Shown here piece after piece: positions 39,740-52,924 of a stretch of DNA of 64,000 nucleotides. A model generated the notes under the pieces. The model worked only from the letters and a program-made list of their open reading frames with translations. It made no database searches and was not told the origin of the DNA. Every line of letters begins with the position of its first letter. The first letter of the stretch is position 1. This DNA comes from Rhina ancylostomus (taxonomy: Eukaryota): contig JARFYF010000074.1 of NCBI GenBank assembly GCA_030265395.1, forward strand, positions 89,169,841 through 89,233,840. The letters are read 5' to 3'. Position numbers and translations under genes: made by a program.

Positions 39740-40450
39740 AATTGGACATTCAATGCTTTGAGCCTATTCACAGCTGATTTATATCCAAACCTCATACACC
39801 TGTCTTGGCTGCTTATTGTCACACTGTTACTTGGCCAAAAAAAATCAACCTCAGATTTCAAATCCACAGTCATTACCCACTATTTGTTGGAGTGTTCCAC
39901 ATTTTCAACACTTTTTTCTTGAAAAACAGTTTTCTAACTTCACTCGTGATTTAATATTATCATCCTTCTGTCCTCGACTTCTGCCAGTCTCTATAGATCT
40001 ATTCAATCCCTCTCAAAATCCAAGTAAGTCAAATCAACCACCAATCTTCATCTTCCAGACAATACAAGCCTGGTTTATTCAATTTCTCCCCATAACCTAG
40101 TCCTTAACATTTTAAAAATCTATTTAAATATTTCCTCAGTAGAGTTAAGGGAATTTACAGATGTGCTTAGTACAGGAAAATGGCACTGGTCAAAGTTCAG
40201 CCATAATCTTATTAAGCAGCAGAACATCAGTGAAGGGTTGAATGGACTAATCCCACTGCAGGGTTAATTCTTTCTTCTGTTAACCCTGCCCTTAGAACTC
40301 AACATACTGTGAATCAGTGCTCTGAACATTCCATAACAATAAATCCTTCCTAATGTGTATTGCCCCAAATTGTATGCTGTATTCCAAGTGTGGCCTAATC
40401 AAGCCTTTGTAAAAATTAAAAATATCCTCCATGTTCCAATCCTCTAATTA
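39740..40450 (-). mobile_element. Decayed CR1 3' relic (small plus-strand CR1 tail inside at ~40140-40260)
   Basis: gccccaaattgtatgctgtattccaagtgtggcctaatcaagcctttgta is the reverse of LYK.LIRPHLEY..QF. Confidence 0.55.
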
Positions 40451-41051
40451 TAAAGGCTAAAATTCCATTTGTTTTTTTTTTCTTTTTCTTTTGCCATTAA
40501 CTACTTGATTGTAGTTGAAACTCCAACAGATTCATAAGTGGCTTTATTGATTAAGACTAGTCCTAAAGTTGTATGTCGACACCCTCAGGACAACTTATGA
40601 TGGTCAGTAAATCTATCCCTGTGTCATCCTATCCTGAGAAGCAAAATATCTACCCAAATGTACCTCCCATTACACAAACCTTACCACCCAAATCTATTTG
40701 GGCAATGCTTCCTGTGGAATTTGCTCATGCAAATTCAGAGCTGACACTTAATATCACACAAACAACAAATGCAGCATTTGCCTCATCTTTGTAGTTATTT
40801 CAAAATATAGTGTAATAATGGTATCATATGATTTAGGAACACTTCAAGTCCCATAAAGTAACTTGACCTTCACTTTAAAAGTTGAATTGAAATTTCACTT
40901 TGTGAACAATAACATTTCTATTGGAGACAGCTTTGTTAATGTGCAGATTTAGGAAAATATAGTTAAGATTCACAAGCCTTAGAATCAAGCAATGTAAACT
41001 AGGGTTCAGCATAAACACACATATAACTTTTTCTAATACAAGGATGGAAAT

Positions 41052-41256
41052 CTGTACTAGCAGCGATCGGGGTTTGATTCCCATCGCTGTCTGCAAGGAG
41101 CTTGTACGTTCTGTGTCTGCGTAGATTTCCTCCGGGTGCTCCGGTTTCCTTCCACATCCTAAAGACGTACGGGTAGGTTAATTTGGGGTTTAAAGTGGGT
41201 GGTGCAGACTCGTTGGGCCAGAGGGCCTGTTACCACGCTGTAAATAAAATTTTAAA
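41052..41256 (+). mobile_element. Relatively young V-SINE with CR1-type tail
   Basis: B-box-like gggtttgattccc, V-domain ttcctccgggtgctccggtttccttccacatcc, tail gactcgttgggccagagggcctgttaccacgctgtaaataaaa; CpGs retained. Confidence 0.8.
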
Positions 41257-44200
41257 ACAATTTATAACTGCAAAACTTAGCAAGTCAGAAATAGACACAT
41301 TGTAAACCCTGTCAGAATTTCTTGACCTGAAGTTTCCTGCTTAGGAGAAATCTGGAATAGAGCCAAAATTACTCCATTCCATTGTCATATCACCACATTC
41401 TTCCTGAAGGGAATTTTTATAAACCTCCTGAATGTCCCATAAAGCACTTATAAACCATTTGGAGTTTTAACCACAATCCATCTGGTCAAGTGCATAAATG
41501 TTCACCAGTCTTTTATTTAAATTCCTGTTTCTGTGATACATGTACATATTTATCACTCTTCACTGCAAAAAAAGTATGGTGCGTGAGTACTAATATTTAT
41601 TCTGTTCATGGAAAACCTACGTTCCTTCTCCAGTAGTCAACTGATGAGAGTGCTTGAGGAAGAGAAAGGTGGCTATTGCTATTAATTTGGCCCCTTGACT
41701 TAGTGATGTGGTTGGAATCAAACAAATTGCCAAGAAGTGTTTTGACCTTGAAAGTCAGTTAATATTCTCTGGATATAACTGAGAACTATAGACATGGATT
41801 TACGCAGGAATACTTTAGGATTCATTCATTTGAAGCTCACCACAAATCTCAACACCATTATCCTATTTAGTTCTTTCCTCAAATCTGATATTTCTTCAAA
41901 AGCATCTGACTCATATTTATATTTTTGCATTAACTAGGTTTCCCCAGCAACTTCTACATCTTTTCCTCTGCAAAAGTTCTGCACAGATTCCACATTGCCT
42001 TCTTAAAAGTATGTTCCCTTTTTCCACCACTGTGAAAAATGTAAAATTCAACTTAATTCTAAAGTCAGTCACCACAGCCATTCTCAACAAGTTCAGAACA
42101 ACTTCCCTACGTTTTTGTTTACTTGGGATTAAATACAATCTAATACTGAACTCATTCAGATGAAAGAGTTTTTCATTCACCTTCCCACTCTGCTTTTGGA
42201 ACAGCAGTATGAAAGGTTATAACGTGGTTTGACTAGAGACCAACAAGGCAAAATATAGCAGTGAAGAATGAAAGACAGGGTAAAAGAAATTTTGATTTTT
42301 TTCCAAGTCATTTTAAAGAGCACCAGTTCAGAGATCTGATAAATTGTCAACATTGTATTTGGTCAGAAAAGCAGTACTGGTTCAACACATGCTTGGTTGG
42401 TTTGATTTTTTAAAAATCAATTCCTATAGATTCAGCCAACATCCACACTGAATTTAGCTTTTGATTCTTTAAAAAATCTGGATTTAGTTATTTGAATGTA
42501 TGTAGAGAAATAAAAATTAAAAAGATACAGACCCTATTAAGATTTGAAACTCCATAAGCAACTGAACACCAACATGTTATAAAACCATTAAAGTATTCAA
42601 GGTTTTAACTTGATTGATAATTTTTATTAACACAAAATAAAATTTCCATGCCATAAATTTGGCAGTTCTTACGGATTTCAGGATAAACTCATTGCTTTTT
42701 ACCCAAATGAAAAACATGTGCAAATAAAGTGAAATTAGTTTTAAGACAAATGATAATAGAACCAACACAATGTACACATAAACAGATGTGAACAGCCTTG
42801 AGCTGGATTAGTGTGAAGATAAGATACACTGATAAGTAAAAGATACAGGAAATTTTTTGTGTTTAAAAGGATTGACCTTTGCTTAAATAAACAACCTGGT
42901 AACAATATCCTTCACTAGCACATTGTGTTTGCAGGTTCAAAGTTGTCTGCAGTCCAGTCAGCGATTTTCAATATTGCTGTACTTCATGCTATCTGGCTCC
43001 CACCAAAAAAGCTAAAGGGACCACGATTCTTCCAAATATAATTGATGGCGCAATGAAATCAGACTTGGCTTTGCTGAGAGTATTAAGAGAATACTTCTGC
43101 AGTGTAAAGCAATATTAAAAATCTAAATTTTAAATTGTCAAGAACAGCAAAGGACAATTTCCGATTTGAACAGACATTTAAAATTCAAACTGCTTTTTTT
43201 TCCTGCATAAATTTCATGATTGTGAACATTGGGCCTCTTGCTGCTCTATTTCAGTTTTGTTTAAATATACTTAAGATATACTTATGTCAGAAGACTGCAG
43301 TTTAAACAAATAGTTCCCAGCCTTTCATTTAAGCTGCGGGTTATTATGATGGCTTGCCACAACTTTATTTGCATAGCATTCAAAGCCTTTTAGTGAGCAA
43401 AAAGATATCAATGATACCGCCAAATTCATTGGGCAATTGTAAAATCTGACATTTCCTCCCGTATGATACGATTCCCAATGAAGTTTCTAATCTCTTCTCC
43501 CCACCAAAAGTTGTTATTACTACATGGCAACATTTTTTGATGTTGGAAACTTTCAGAAAGCTATCAGAAGTCAGAGTTCTTACTATCTTAAAGTTTTGGT
43601 TATTATCCCTTAGTAAGGCAAGAGAAATGTATGATATACATAGGCAATTTGATGTATAAGGGCAAATGTAGGCTGCAATTAACTAGTGTGAGGATTGACT
43701 TGTACCAAGAGATTCAAGGAAGAACTAAGTATGGCATTTTTTTTGTTTATGAGGTTATGTATCAAGGAACTGATAAACCTTTTGGATTTTCTCTACTCCT
43801 AGTATAAATATATACCTCAACTAGGGAACAATCTTTTTTTTAAGTTGAGAAACAAAAAAAAAATGCGCTCTGAATCCCCTGAACTGCAAGAGAGTAATAT
43901 GGAAAAAGCACTTCAAGAATCTTGATCAAATACCATAACTCAAACATACACCATTTATACAGGCAGATACAAAGTTTTAGTCAAATAGCACAACTTCTGA
44001 GATGTTGGCATCAAACTCATGAAGATTCAAATACCAGCATTCTCTGGTATTAAATCAATTGCTTTGGTTCTTCACCAGGGAGGCAGGAAAAGCTCATTCA
44101 GCAGAAAAGTTAATATTTACCATTATGCAAAACTACTATTCTGCCAGGATGGTTTCTGATATATCAGCAGCTCTCCCATAAAAGAAGTCATAAGCTCAAA

Positions 44201-44364
44201 GTGTAAATATATAATTCTTCACCAAGGAGAATGGGCCACTATTACATTAAAGGAAAAGGACTCTCAATTTCATTGAAACCACACTTCCCAACAATTCCCA
44301 TTGATGTTTGAAACAAGTTCATAAAATGTACATTTCAAAAAAAATCTAATGGAATTAAGAGTGA

Positions 44365-44660
44365 CAAAATGGTGCTGCATGTATTGCCGGTATCTCACAG
44401 TTCCAGCAACCCTGGATACAAAATGACCTCTTGTACTGTCTGCGTGGAGTTTGTACATTCTTCCTGTCACAGTGAGGGTTTCCTTCATGTGCTCCACTTT
44501 CCTCTTGCATCCTAAAGATGCAATGGTGGTTAATTAATTAGCTACCATAAATGCCCCCTAGTGCAAGTGGATGCCAGGAGAATCAGAAGGGTGTGAGAAA
44601 ATAAGTTGCAAGGAAATAGTGGAGGAATGGGATTGCTCTAAGAACTGGCATAGACCTGTG
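44365..44660 (+). mobile_element. V-SINE relic
   Basis: ctcacagttccagcaaccctgg...gtctgcgtggagtttgtacattcttcctgt...gggtttccttcatgtgctcc. Confidence 0.7.
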
Positions 44661-45929
44661 GTGTGGGGGCGCTGGGGGAGAAGCAAAATTGAAATTATCA
44701 CAATAAATGTCAAAGTTAAGATATTCAATTACAAAGCAAATTTGGATGCAGTAAAAAGCGCTAAATTGATCAGGGTGCAATGACTTTATAATTGTGTCTG
44801 TGGTTGTAGTGTACACAAAAAAAAACAGGATAGATTTTGCACTTCTGAAGATGAGAATAAAATTAGAAAAAAAAGACTTAAAAATGTTCAACAAAATTAC
44901 TTTTGAATTTTAACACTACTATTAAACAAATATGAAATGTGGCACAAGATAACACCAATATCATATAAAACATTTGTACCAGCATGACATCCAGAGTCAT
45001 CTGAAAGACAGTATAAAATAATTCACAAAAAACATGTCCAATTAATTTTGTGCAGTGAGTTCCTTATAGTTAGTAACCACCAACACCCCCCAAAAAAATG
45101 GCACTGAACTTTAAAATTATCAGCTGGAACTTGCCATTGAGATACCCCATAACATAAAAGTTAAGCACATTAACTGGAGTAACTGTCTATCATATTTTGA
45201 TCAGAGTTTGGCCAGACAGTTAAGGAAAATATTTAAAGGCAGTTTGAATGTATCTTATGCTAAGCTTATCAGCATCTTTGTCCCAGGGCGGGGGAGTCTG
45301 GAAATAGAAGGCACAGGTTTAACATGAGGGGGAGAAATTTAAAGGAGATCTGAGTGGTAAGTTTTTCCACACAGAGAGTAGTGAATATCTGCAATGAGCA
45401 GTCANNNNNNNNNNNNNNNNNNNNNNNNNNNNNNNNNNNNNNNNNNNNNNNNNNNNNNNNNNNNNNNNNNNNNNNNNNNNNNNNNNNNNNNNNNNNNNNN
45501 NNNNNNNNNNNNNNNNNNNNNNNNNNNNNNNNNNNNNNNNNNNNNNNNNNNNNNNNNNNNNNNNNNNNNNNNNNNNNNNNNNNNNNNNNNNNNNNNNNNN
45601 NNNNNNNNNNNNNNNNNNNNNNNNNNNNNNNNNNNNNNNNNNNNNNNNNNNNNNNNNNNNNNNNNNNNNNNNNNNNNNNNNGCAGCAGTAATCTTAGATT
45701 TTTTGTAAGTCAGTTGCTGATAAATGGAACCAATAAATACAATTACCTTGAAAGACTCAGCAAAGCAATACAATAATACTAATGAGTGATAATGATAATA
45801 TTTGCTGCAATGAAAAATATAATACAATTTTCATTAGGAATCCAAACTGGAAACCTGATCCATAACAAGATGTAAAAAGCCCTGTGACAGTAACCCTTGA
45901 AGTAAAGACCACTGCACAATGGATCAATT

Positions 45930-45990
45930 ATTTGTGGAAGAACAACTGCAGTAAAATGAGAATTTCCTACTTTAATGAGTCAACTTTTGT
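45930..45990 (-). terminator. Candidate GDAP2 poly(A) signal (variant ATTAAA)
   Basis: ATTAAA on minus at 45976-45971 followed by gttgttcttcc. It is the first PAS-like hexamer I could see after the stop. A canonical AATAAA occurs further on at 43369-43364. Confidence 0.35.
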
Positions 45991-46805
45991 AACATAATCA
46001 ACTATATGACTCCCTTTCTCAAGTACCCTTCGATTGAAGCCTTGTGTCATGTTTACCTAATGCAGTGCAAAAGTAAATATCCCAAACCTCAATAAATGCC
46101 TTTGGAGTAAGACACATTAATTGCAATACATGTTTAGCTGGTCACCCGTGAAGAGTAGAATGTGTAGGTTTGCTCTACTGCATTGAATCTTAATTGCTGG
46201 ATAAATGCTGACCCTCTGTTTAGCAGCACATCATTTAACAACAAATATTGGCACACAATGTACCATTGTTAAAAACAAACCTATTAAAGAAATTTACATC
46301 CCAAATGAACAGTGAAAATATTAACAGGCTATACTCAAAGATAAATGTTCTCAGTACCACAGGTGATTGTTACTATGCAATTTCTGATGTCAGGAACTGA
46401 AACACTTGATATTCCATCATGTTTATGTTAGGAAGAAACCTTTACATTATACTTAATCCTCCCCCATTCTACCTCCAGCAATTTCCACAATTTTGAATGG
46501 ATGTTAGTTATAGCTTTAGGCAGTGTATTAATAACCAGTAATCCAGGAGCTATTAGGATTTGAAATAAATAATTTAAAATTGATTTTTAAGGTCAAACTA
46601 GAAACACGTTGTAAAAGCTTGAATCTCAAAAATAAAGGTCGCTGTCCCTTTGCAATTTGTGACAAATACAGTTATTTGATTGCTGCTCCAAAAACATTTT
46701 AAAAAATCTGAGGAAATAAAAGCTCCATTACTATAAACATATACTATTCATTCAGAACATTCAGTTTCTCCTGTGCAGCCGTATATAGAAACACATGCTA
46801 ATTCT

Positions 46806-46853
46806 TCAGAGGTCAGGAGAGGAAGGGCATGAATACTGGTAAGGTCCATTAAC
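46806..46853 (-). CDS. GDAP2: GDAP2 last coding exon: VNGPYQYSCPSSPDL*
   Basis: Acceptor ttttgtttgcag|, phase 0, TGA at 46808-46806. Resembles the human C-terminus ENGPYYTSYPPSPDL. Confidence 0.92.
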   Translation of the reverse strand, partial: VNGPYQYSCPSSPDL

Positions 46854-46917
46854 CTGCAAACAAAATATAGAGAAATGGTCATTGGGTCATCCTTTAATTT
46901 AACATTATTGTGATAGC

Positions 46918-47120
46918 AAAATACTGCAGATGCTGCAAATCTGAAATAAAGAAATGGTAGTATCTGGTAGTATCAGGTAGCATCTGAAAGTGTTTTTTTT
47001 CTAAAATATGCTTTAAAAAGTCATTGACCCAAAATAATAGCTTCCCGTTCTTTTACCAAATGTTGCCGGACCTGCTGAGCATTTCCGGCATTCTCTAGTT
47101 TACTTCCTCTAATTTAGATT
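46918..47120. mobile_element. Penelope-type palindromic short element; similar copies at ~3790-3905, 38230-38340, 49540-49735 and 59110-59228
   Basis: Left arm aatactgcagatgctgcaaatctgaaataaa; right arm tgttgccggacctgctgagcatttccggcattctct. Both are halves of the same repeat in opposite orientation. Confidence 0.55.
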
Positions 47121-49026
47121 TTCCCCCCTCTGCCAACCCAGTACTCATTCAGAAAGATAAAACAATGCTCACAAACCTTTCCCTTTCGATGTACCATAGC
47201 TTAACATATCCTGCTAAAATATCCATGTTTCATTACAGTGCAATAGTTTACAACTGGTTCCCACTTATTCAGAAGGGCTATCACTATTATTCCAGTTACA
47301 CTATCTAATGAACCAACTATACAAGATTTCCACAGTAACTGAGATTATTTAGCAGTAACTGAAAAATTACTAAATTAAATTCACAGTTACCACTTGTAAA
47401 CTAGTTAGGTACACTCCATTTACAAGATTTCTTTTAGGATTTTCATACATGCAAAATCTCAATAAGCTAACGCCAGTTCTAAATGGTGCTGCTGGTGTTT
47501 AGTCAATTGAGCAGCAGCAAGTCCAGAGATTCCACGCATTTAGTGTCTGAGCTGGAATTTCCAGACTTAGAGATTCAGACTGCTGAANNNNNNNNNNGAA
47601 TCTGTCAGTTTATTCCACTGCTGAACTCAACAACGCACTCTGATGAAGCCTATCATTTATTTATTCTCCTTCAGGTAAACTAGAATACCAGACAGTGGCT
47701 GCTCTGTAACAGCCTGCTGTATAGTGCTTCTGCTCAAAATAATTGTTAGTTTTTTGGGAACATCACTCTTAATCCAGCACATTTTAAATTAAGGCTATGT
47801 CATTGTTATACCCTATTGAACTATTAATCCAGCAGCAAGGACTAATAATCAGTTCCCAAGATAAAAAGAAAGTAAAATGCATCCTGAAGTCCCCAACACT
47901 AGGGAATGAAGTCTGTCATCCTTATTGGTTTAGCCTATTGGTAATTCTGGGCTCTTGCCAATGTGTTGGCTTGTCATTTCCCTTTGCTGTAACCTAGCAA
48001 GCAATTCAGTTCTATTGAACTGTTATTTCAAGAAACAAGAGTTGGTCACTAAACATCAACTTTGGCAACTGTGTCCACATCCAAAGAAAAAAATGAACAT
48101 GGCATCCACTAAATCCCCTTTCTAGATATGGGAAACCCAATCCATAGTTGGAATATTGCATAATGTCTAGTTCCCCCAACTGTTCACCCCTTTAAACCTC
48201 GGAATTCTGAGCAAAAATAAATACAGCTTCTATAAGAAACAATGTTCAGAATGTGATCCCCAAATGAGACAAAATGAAGAGATTATTTGCTTGGACTACT
48301 TCTATCACCATAAATAAATCCTAATTCAATGGGATCTCTTCCAACTTTCATCCTCAAAGCGTGGTAAAATTCAATGTATCAGGCACATTCCATTAATTAT
48401 TCTCTGAAGAGGGCAGGGGTGGCAGGAGGAAGAAAAGATGAGCTGTTGTTAGACAGTGCTGGACATGTATGTAACCTAAAGATAGCTGCTTGGCCAGACT
48501 ATTTCCTTTCCCATTGGTACTAAAATTTCATGTGCCCATACACTTAATTAATTTAACCATTCAAATTTCTCAGATACCCTCCCATGATCACTTGTCACTT
48601 TGCTCTGCTACTAGGTGGGGCAAGGAGCTGGTAATAAACCAGGATGGGAAATGGATGAAGTAAGAAGGTCCAGCTAGTTAGCTTATGGAAGAGTCTTCAC
48701 AAAATTGGTATAAGCAACTATGAATCACTGCAATTGCAGTTATGGTGTATCACCCTGCTCAAGTTTACTTATTGGAATTAAAATCTTTTTAACTTTAATC
48801 ATGTTATTTCAGCAAGTGTCCTAATTAGTACATAAATGTCACTTGTTCAAGTAGGGTCACTAGACGTGAAGGTTTAGGAGGTACATAATAGATTCCCAAT
48901 CTGCAGCAAAGTGCTTCCAATTACAAATAAATAAATTTATGACATTTTAGATTAAAATACAATATGACATTTTCCAGGAAGAAAGTTTAAACAAAGCAGT
49001 AGGGTAAGAGTAATTTGTTGATTTAC

Positions 49027-49170
49027 CCTAGCATCATATTCCAGCACAAAAGGAGGAATGTCAATCTGCTCTGGAGAAATAAGAGCAAACAACTGAGGGA
49101 GATTCTCAATATAATGCACTTTGTCCTTTAATCCCGAGACAGAAAATGTTGTGAACATCCAGGTCATCAT
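49027..49170 (-). CDS. GDAP2: GDAP2 penultimate exon (144 nt): MMTWMFTTFSVSGLKDKVHYIENLPQLFALISPEQIDIPPFVLEYDAR
   Basis: Lies within ORF 48952..49188. Acceptor atttacacag|, donor AGG|gtaaat. Resembles human TWFFTTFSVSGLKDK...ISPEQIDFPPFVLEYDAR. Confidence 0.96.
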
Positions 49171-50529
49171 CTGTGTAAATAGAAACAAAATGGAAAATAA
49201 ACAACAAGTTTGAAAGGTCCAAAATTTATTTTCATTATATTTTAATTAGATTAGTAATTAGACTGAAAATTGATTGTGGTAGTAACATTCTTCAGATGTT
49301 TTTTTGTTCTATTCTGGAACCTCAAGAGATGAAGCGCTACATACTGCATACAATTTACATATAGAAATGAGTAATTACTGTCTCCCTAAAAACTACTTTT
49401 CCATTAATTTTCTTGGAATAAATTATTAAGTGTACTTGCTATTGGTAGTCCTTAGTATTTTGCCACTTTTATGGCAACATTGATCTTATTTTAGTCAAGC
49501 CATAAATTTCCCACAAATGAATGAAATGTTAGTGCAAAGTACAATACTGCCAGTGATGGAAATCTGAAATAAAACAGAAAATGCTGGAATTCCGCAGCAG
49601 GTCAGTCAAGTGAGTTTTTCTCCTACCAGATGCAAACACTTCAGGCCTACCAACCTAAAATGTTAATTATTTCTCCCATAAAAGATGGTGCTTAACCTGC
49701 TGAGATTTTCCAGTACTGTATTTTGTTTCAGATTAAAATGTCAGCTATGTCAACTGCTTTTGACATTCTAAGTTTTTGAAAGCTGCTGTACAAGCCATAA
49801 AAACAAGAAGGCAGATCAACCATTTTTTTTCCAAAAATATAGACTAAGTTGAAGCAACAAAGCTCGGATTACATTTCAAAAATTAAAAACATAGGTAGAA
49901 CAGAAGAATGAGAGAAAAAGAAGAGAGACCTGGTGAAATCAGACTTAAGAATTTAAATTTAATTCGCAATTCAAAAATTCAACAATGATAGAAAGACTAT
50001 TCCTGACTTCTAATGAATTTTTAATGAGCAAAAACCTTTAACATCTGCAAGCAGTCAAAGGCTTAAGATTCCATATATATCAATCTGAAGTGGAATGGAA
50101 GTACGTTTTGATTTGCACAGATATCAGGTGTGGTGTTCTTTGGGACATTGGATGCTTCTGGAAAGCCATGCTGCCCTTTTGTGATAATTGATCATTTACT
50201 TGTATAGCCAACTTACCAGGATGTAATGAAGTTTTGGAATAGGAAGGGAACAAATTAAATTAACTTCTGGGACATTATTATCCTCTGCATTGACCACTGA
50301 TGCTCTTAAATTTGCTGACTTTTTTAAAGATTAATCTTTTTTAGAGATTCAATAATGTAATAGTAATTAGCTACTTAGGAACATTGCAAAAGTGAAAGCA
50401 TTAAGTAAATGCATGTACACCAAGAATTATAGACTCTCTGGTGATTAAGTATTCATGCTACAACCCGTAGATGCTACAACCGAACACAGTTCAATTACAG
50501 CGGAACTTTATAAGTATGAATGTACCGAT

Positions 50530-51345
50530 ATAGCAACATCCCTTAACGTGCAGGCAAGGGCTGGTAAGTGGCAAACAACATCCATGCCACAAGTGTTGGA
50601 CAATAACCATCTCCAATGGTGTTGGGCAATGATTATCTCCAATGAGAAAGTCTAACCACTTAATTTTGACATTTAATGACACTACCATCGCTGAGCCCTC
50701 CTCCACACAATATCCTGGGGGCTCTGCATTGACCAGATAGGCAATTGGACAAGCAAACCTTCACTACTTGTGCAGGTCAGAGGCTGGGTGTTCTGTGATT
50801 AGTAGCTCACTTCCTAACACCCCAAATCCTTTCCATTGTCTGCAAGGCAGATATCAGGAGCATGATGGAACATTCTCCATTCACCTGGATGAGTGCCGCT
50901 CCAACAGTCAAGAAGCTTGGCACCATTCAGAACAAAGCAGCCTGCTGAATTACATCCATCCACCACTCTAAATATGCAGTCCCCTCACCAATATGGCATA
51001 ATTACTGCATCCATCTACAAAATGCACTATAGATACTCAACTACAAATAATTGCACCTTCCAAACCCACAACCTCTGCCACCTAGAAGGCAGAGGGAAAC
51101 AGGCATATCAGAACACCACCAACTGCAGATAACCCTCCAAACCACACGCCGTCTCGACTTGGAAATACACTGCTACTTCATTACTGATGAGTCTAATTCC
51201 TGAAACTCCCCACCCAGCATTATCTTGGGAGTACCTTCACCAGAAGATCTATAGCAGTTCAAGGTGGTAAGCTCACGGTTACTTTCTCGATGGGCAGTTT
51301 TAGAGGAACAAATATGCCTCTTGCCAATGACGTCATGTATGAAAA
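50530..51345 (+). mobile_element. CR1/L2-group LINE 3' fragment (distinct family from the HER1-like CR1s)
   Basis: Relics of VQA.A.KWQ.T..P.KC, ILG...IDQ..NW.S, AGQRLG.L, KA.IRS.ME.SP..WMSAAPT..KKL.TIQ.KAA.L; tail gcagttcaaggtggtaagctcac...cttgccaatgacgtc. Confidence 0.65.
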
Positions 51346-51569
51346 CTGACATTCATGTTTGAAATGTTAAAGATTAACAATGATTAACTAAGAATGCAAT
51401 TTGAGGCATTTGTCAATTATGTAATGTATATAAAATCAATGCCCTGCTAAAACAAATGCAATGCATAAGACTTTGTTCCTGCTCATTGTGCAACTTCAGT
51501 TTTGTAGCTTTGAATACCGCTGGCTGTATTATTAGTAATGCTGTAAAACCTATTACATAAAACTCATAC

Positions 51570-51624
51570 CTTGGACCGAAATGTTGGATGTACAAAGTAA
51601 AATGCCTTCATATTTTTTTTGTAC
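51570..51624 (-). CDS. GDAP2: GDAP2 internal exon (55 nt): (K)YKKNMKAFYFVHPTFRSK
   Basis: Acceptor gctttcttcag|, donor AAG|gtatga. Resembles human YKRNLKAVYFVHPTFRSK. Phase 2 in, phase 0 out. Confidence 0.94.
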
Positions 51625-52924
51625 CTGAAGAAAGCAAAAAAAAAGCAAAACATTTTAAGAAACTTCCCCCATCATATGTATACCTTGTTCCTATGCAGAT
51701 TGTCTTGTTTAATGCAGGAGAAAACTGACTAAGATTCAGAATTCTCACACAACAAAAAAAATCCTCTGTACCAATGTTAATAAATAATGCAGCCTGGTCT
51801 GTTTCTTCTGTAACATATTTTCTAAATACATAAATTATCCCATTGCGCTATTTTGAAAAACTGCACAGAAATTATCATCAATATCCTGGACAAAGTTTAT
51901 TTCCTGCTGAATAAACAACTGGTCTGCCATTATCACATTGCTGTTTATGGGAACTAGCTGTGTACAATTAGGCTCCAATGTTCCTTATATTACTGAAGGT
52001 ACTTTAATGGCTGCAAATATTTTTGGATGCTGCAAATAGGACTTGTAAGGTTCTATAACAAATCTGTCTTTCTTTTGACAGTATCACCCTTATTTTTCAT
52101 TGAAAATTCCAGGTTAAAGAATAGTACAAGATGGAATATGAAAAAATATCCAATAAGTGAGAAAGAACTGCAATGTTACTATACTTATTAACTGGACTGG
52201 TACTTGTCACTTCATCAGAGGTTCATGTGAACAATTAGCACAGAATTTGAAGCTGCACTTTATGGTGGCTGGAGGGACTGAAGGAACAGGGACAGATTCC
52301 TAAGCATGAGAAAAAAAAATTACAGCACATGAGATTAAATTATTTCAAATTCCCTTAATTCCCTAGATAATTCCCTTAAATTAAGTTTATTGAATGTGGG
52401 AAATACTTCAAAATTGAGTTGACAATTGAATTATTTATAACTTTTAGCTTGGAAACTTCATTGTTTGAATCTGATCGTGAAACTAAGCAACCTTGGACAT
52501 GTCATTATCACTTACTTTTGAGCTATGACTATAAATAATACAATACAAAATATTTCTTTCACTTTACATTCTTTTGTGCAAACTGAAGAAAATTCCTGAT
52601 GTGTTTAGTGGTGATTCTTGTTTCTTTGATTCCTCAGTGAGAAAAAAATACAACATAAAAACAAGAGAGAACAAATCCTACCAAAATCTTGAAGTCACAT
52701 TTAGAAAAATCAAACTTTACACATTCTGGTCAACTGATTTTAATTCAACTGAAATATTATTGTCACATAGCTTTAATTTAACCCTATAATCTACTTTCTT
52801 CTCCTTATGTCACAAGGTCCTTGAGCACGTTATCACTTCCCAAAATCCATGCTCATCTATCACAAGGCATTATATTTTAACCTCTCCAATCAGGTTTCCA
52901 CCATTGCCATGGTATTGAGAATAG

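Noticed and set aside
45354-45827. Long ORFs containing X runs (also at 12914, 13970, 15447, 53604, 61629)
   Set aside because: Open only because they run through N gaps.
46749-46852. Longer alternative frame in the last GDAP2 exon (LMDLTSIHALPLLTSEELACVSIYGCTGETECSE*)
   Set aside because: The upstream donor is phase 0 and the phase-0 frame matches the known GDAP2 C-terminus (NGPY...SPDL).
51184-51210. CTGATGA...GAAAC hammerhead-like string
   Set aside because: Lies in a CR1/L2-type LINE 3' region; no stem II pairing or flanking stems, so likely a chance product of decay.
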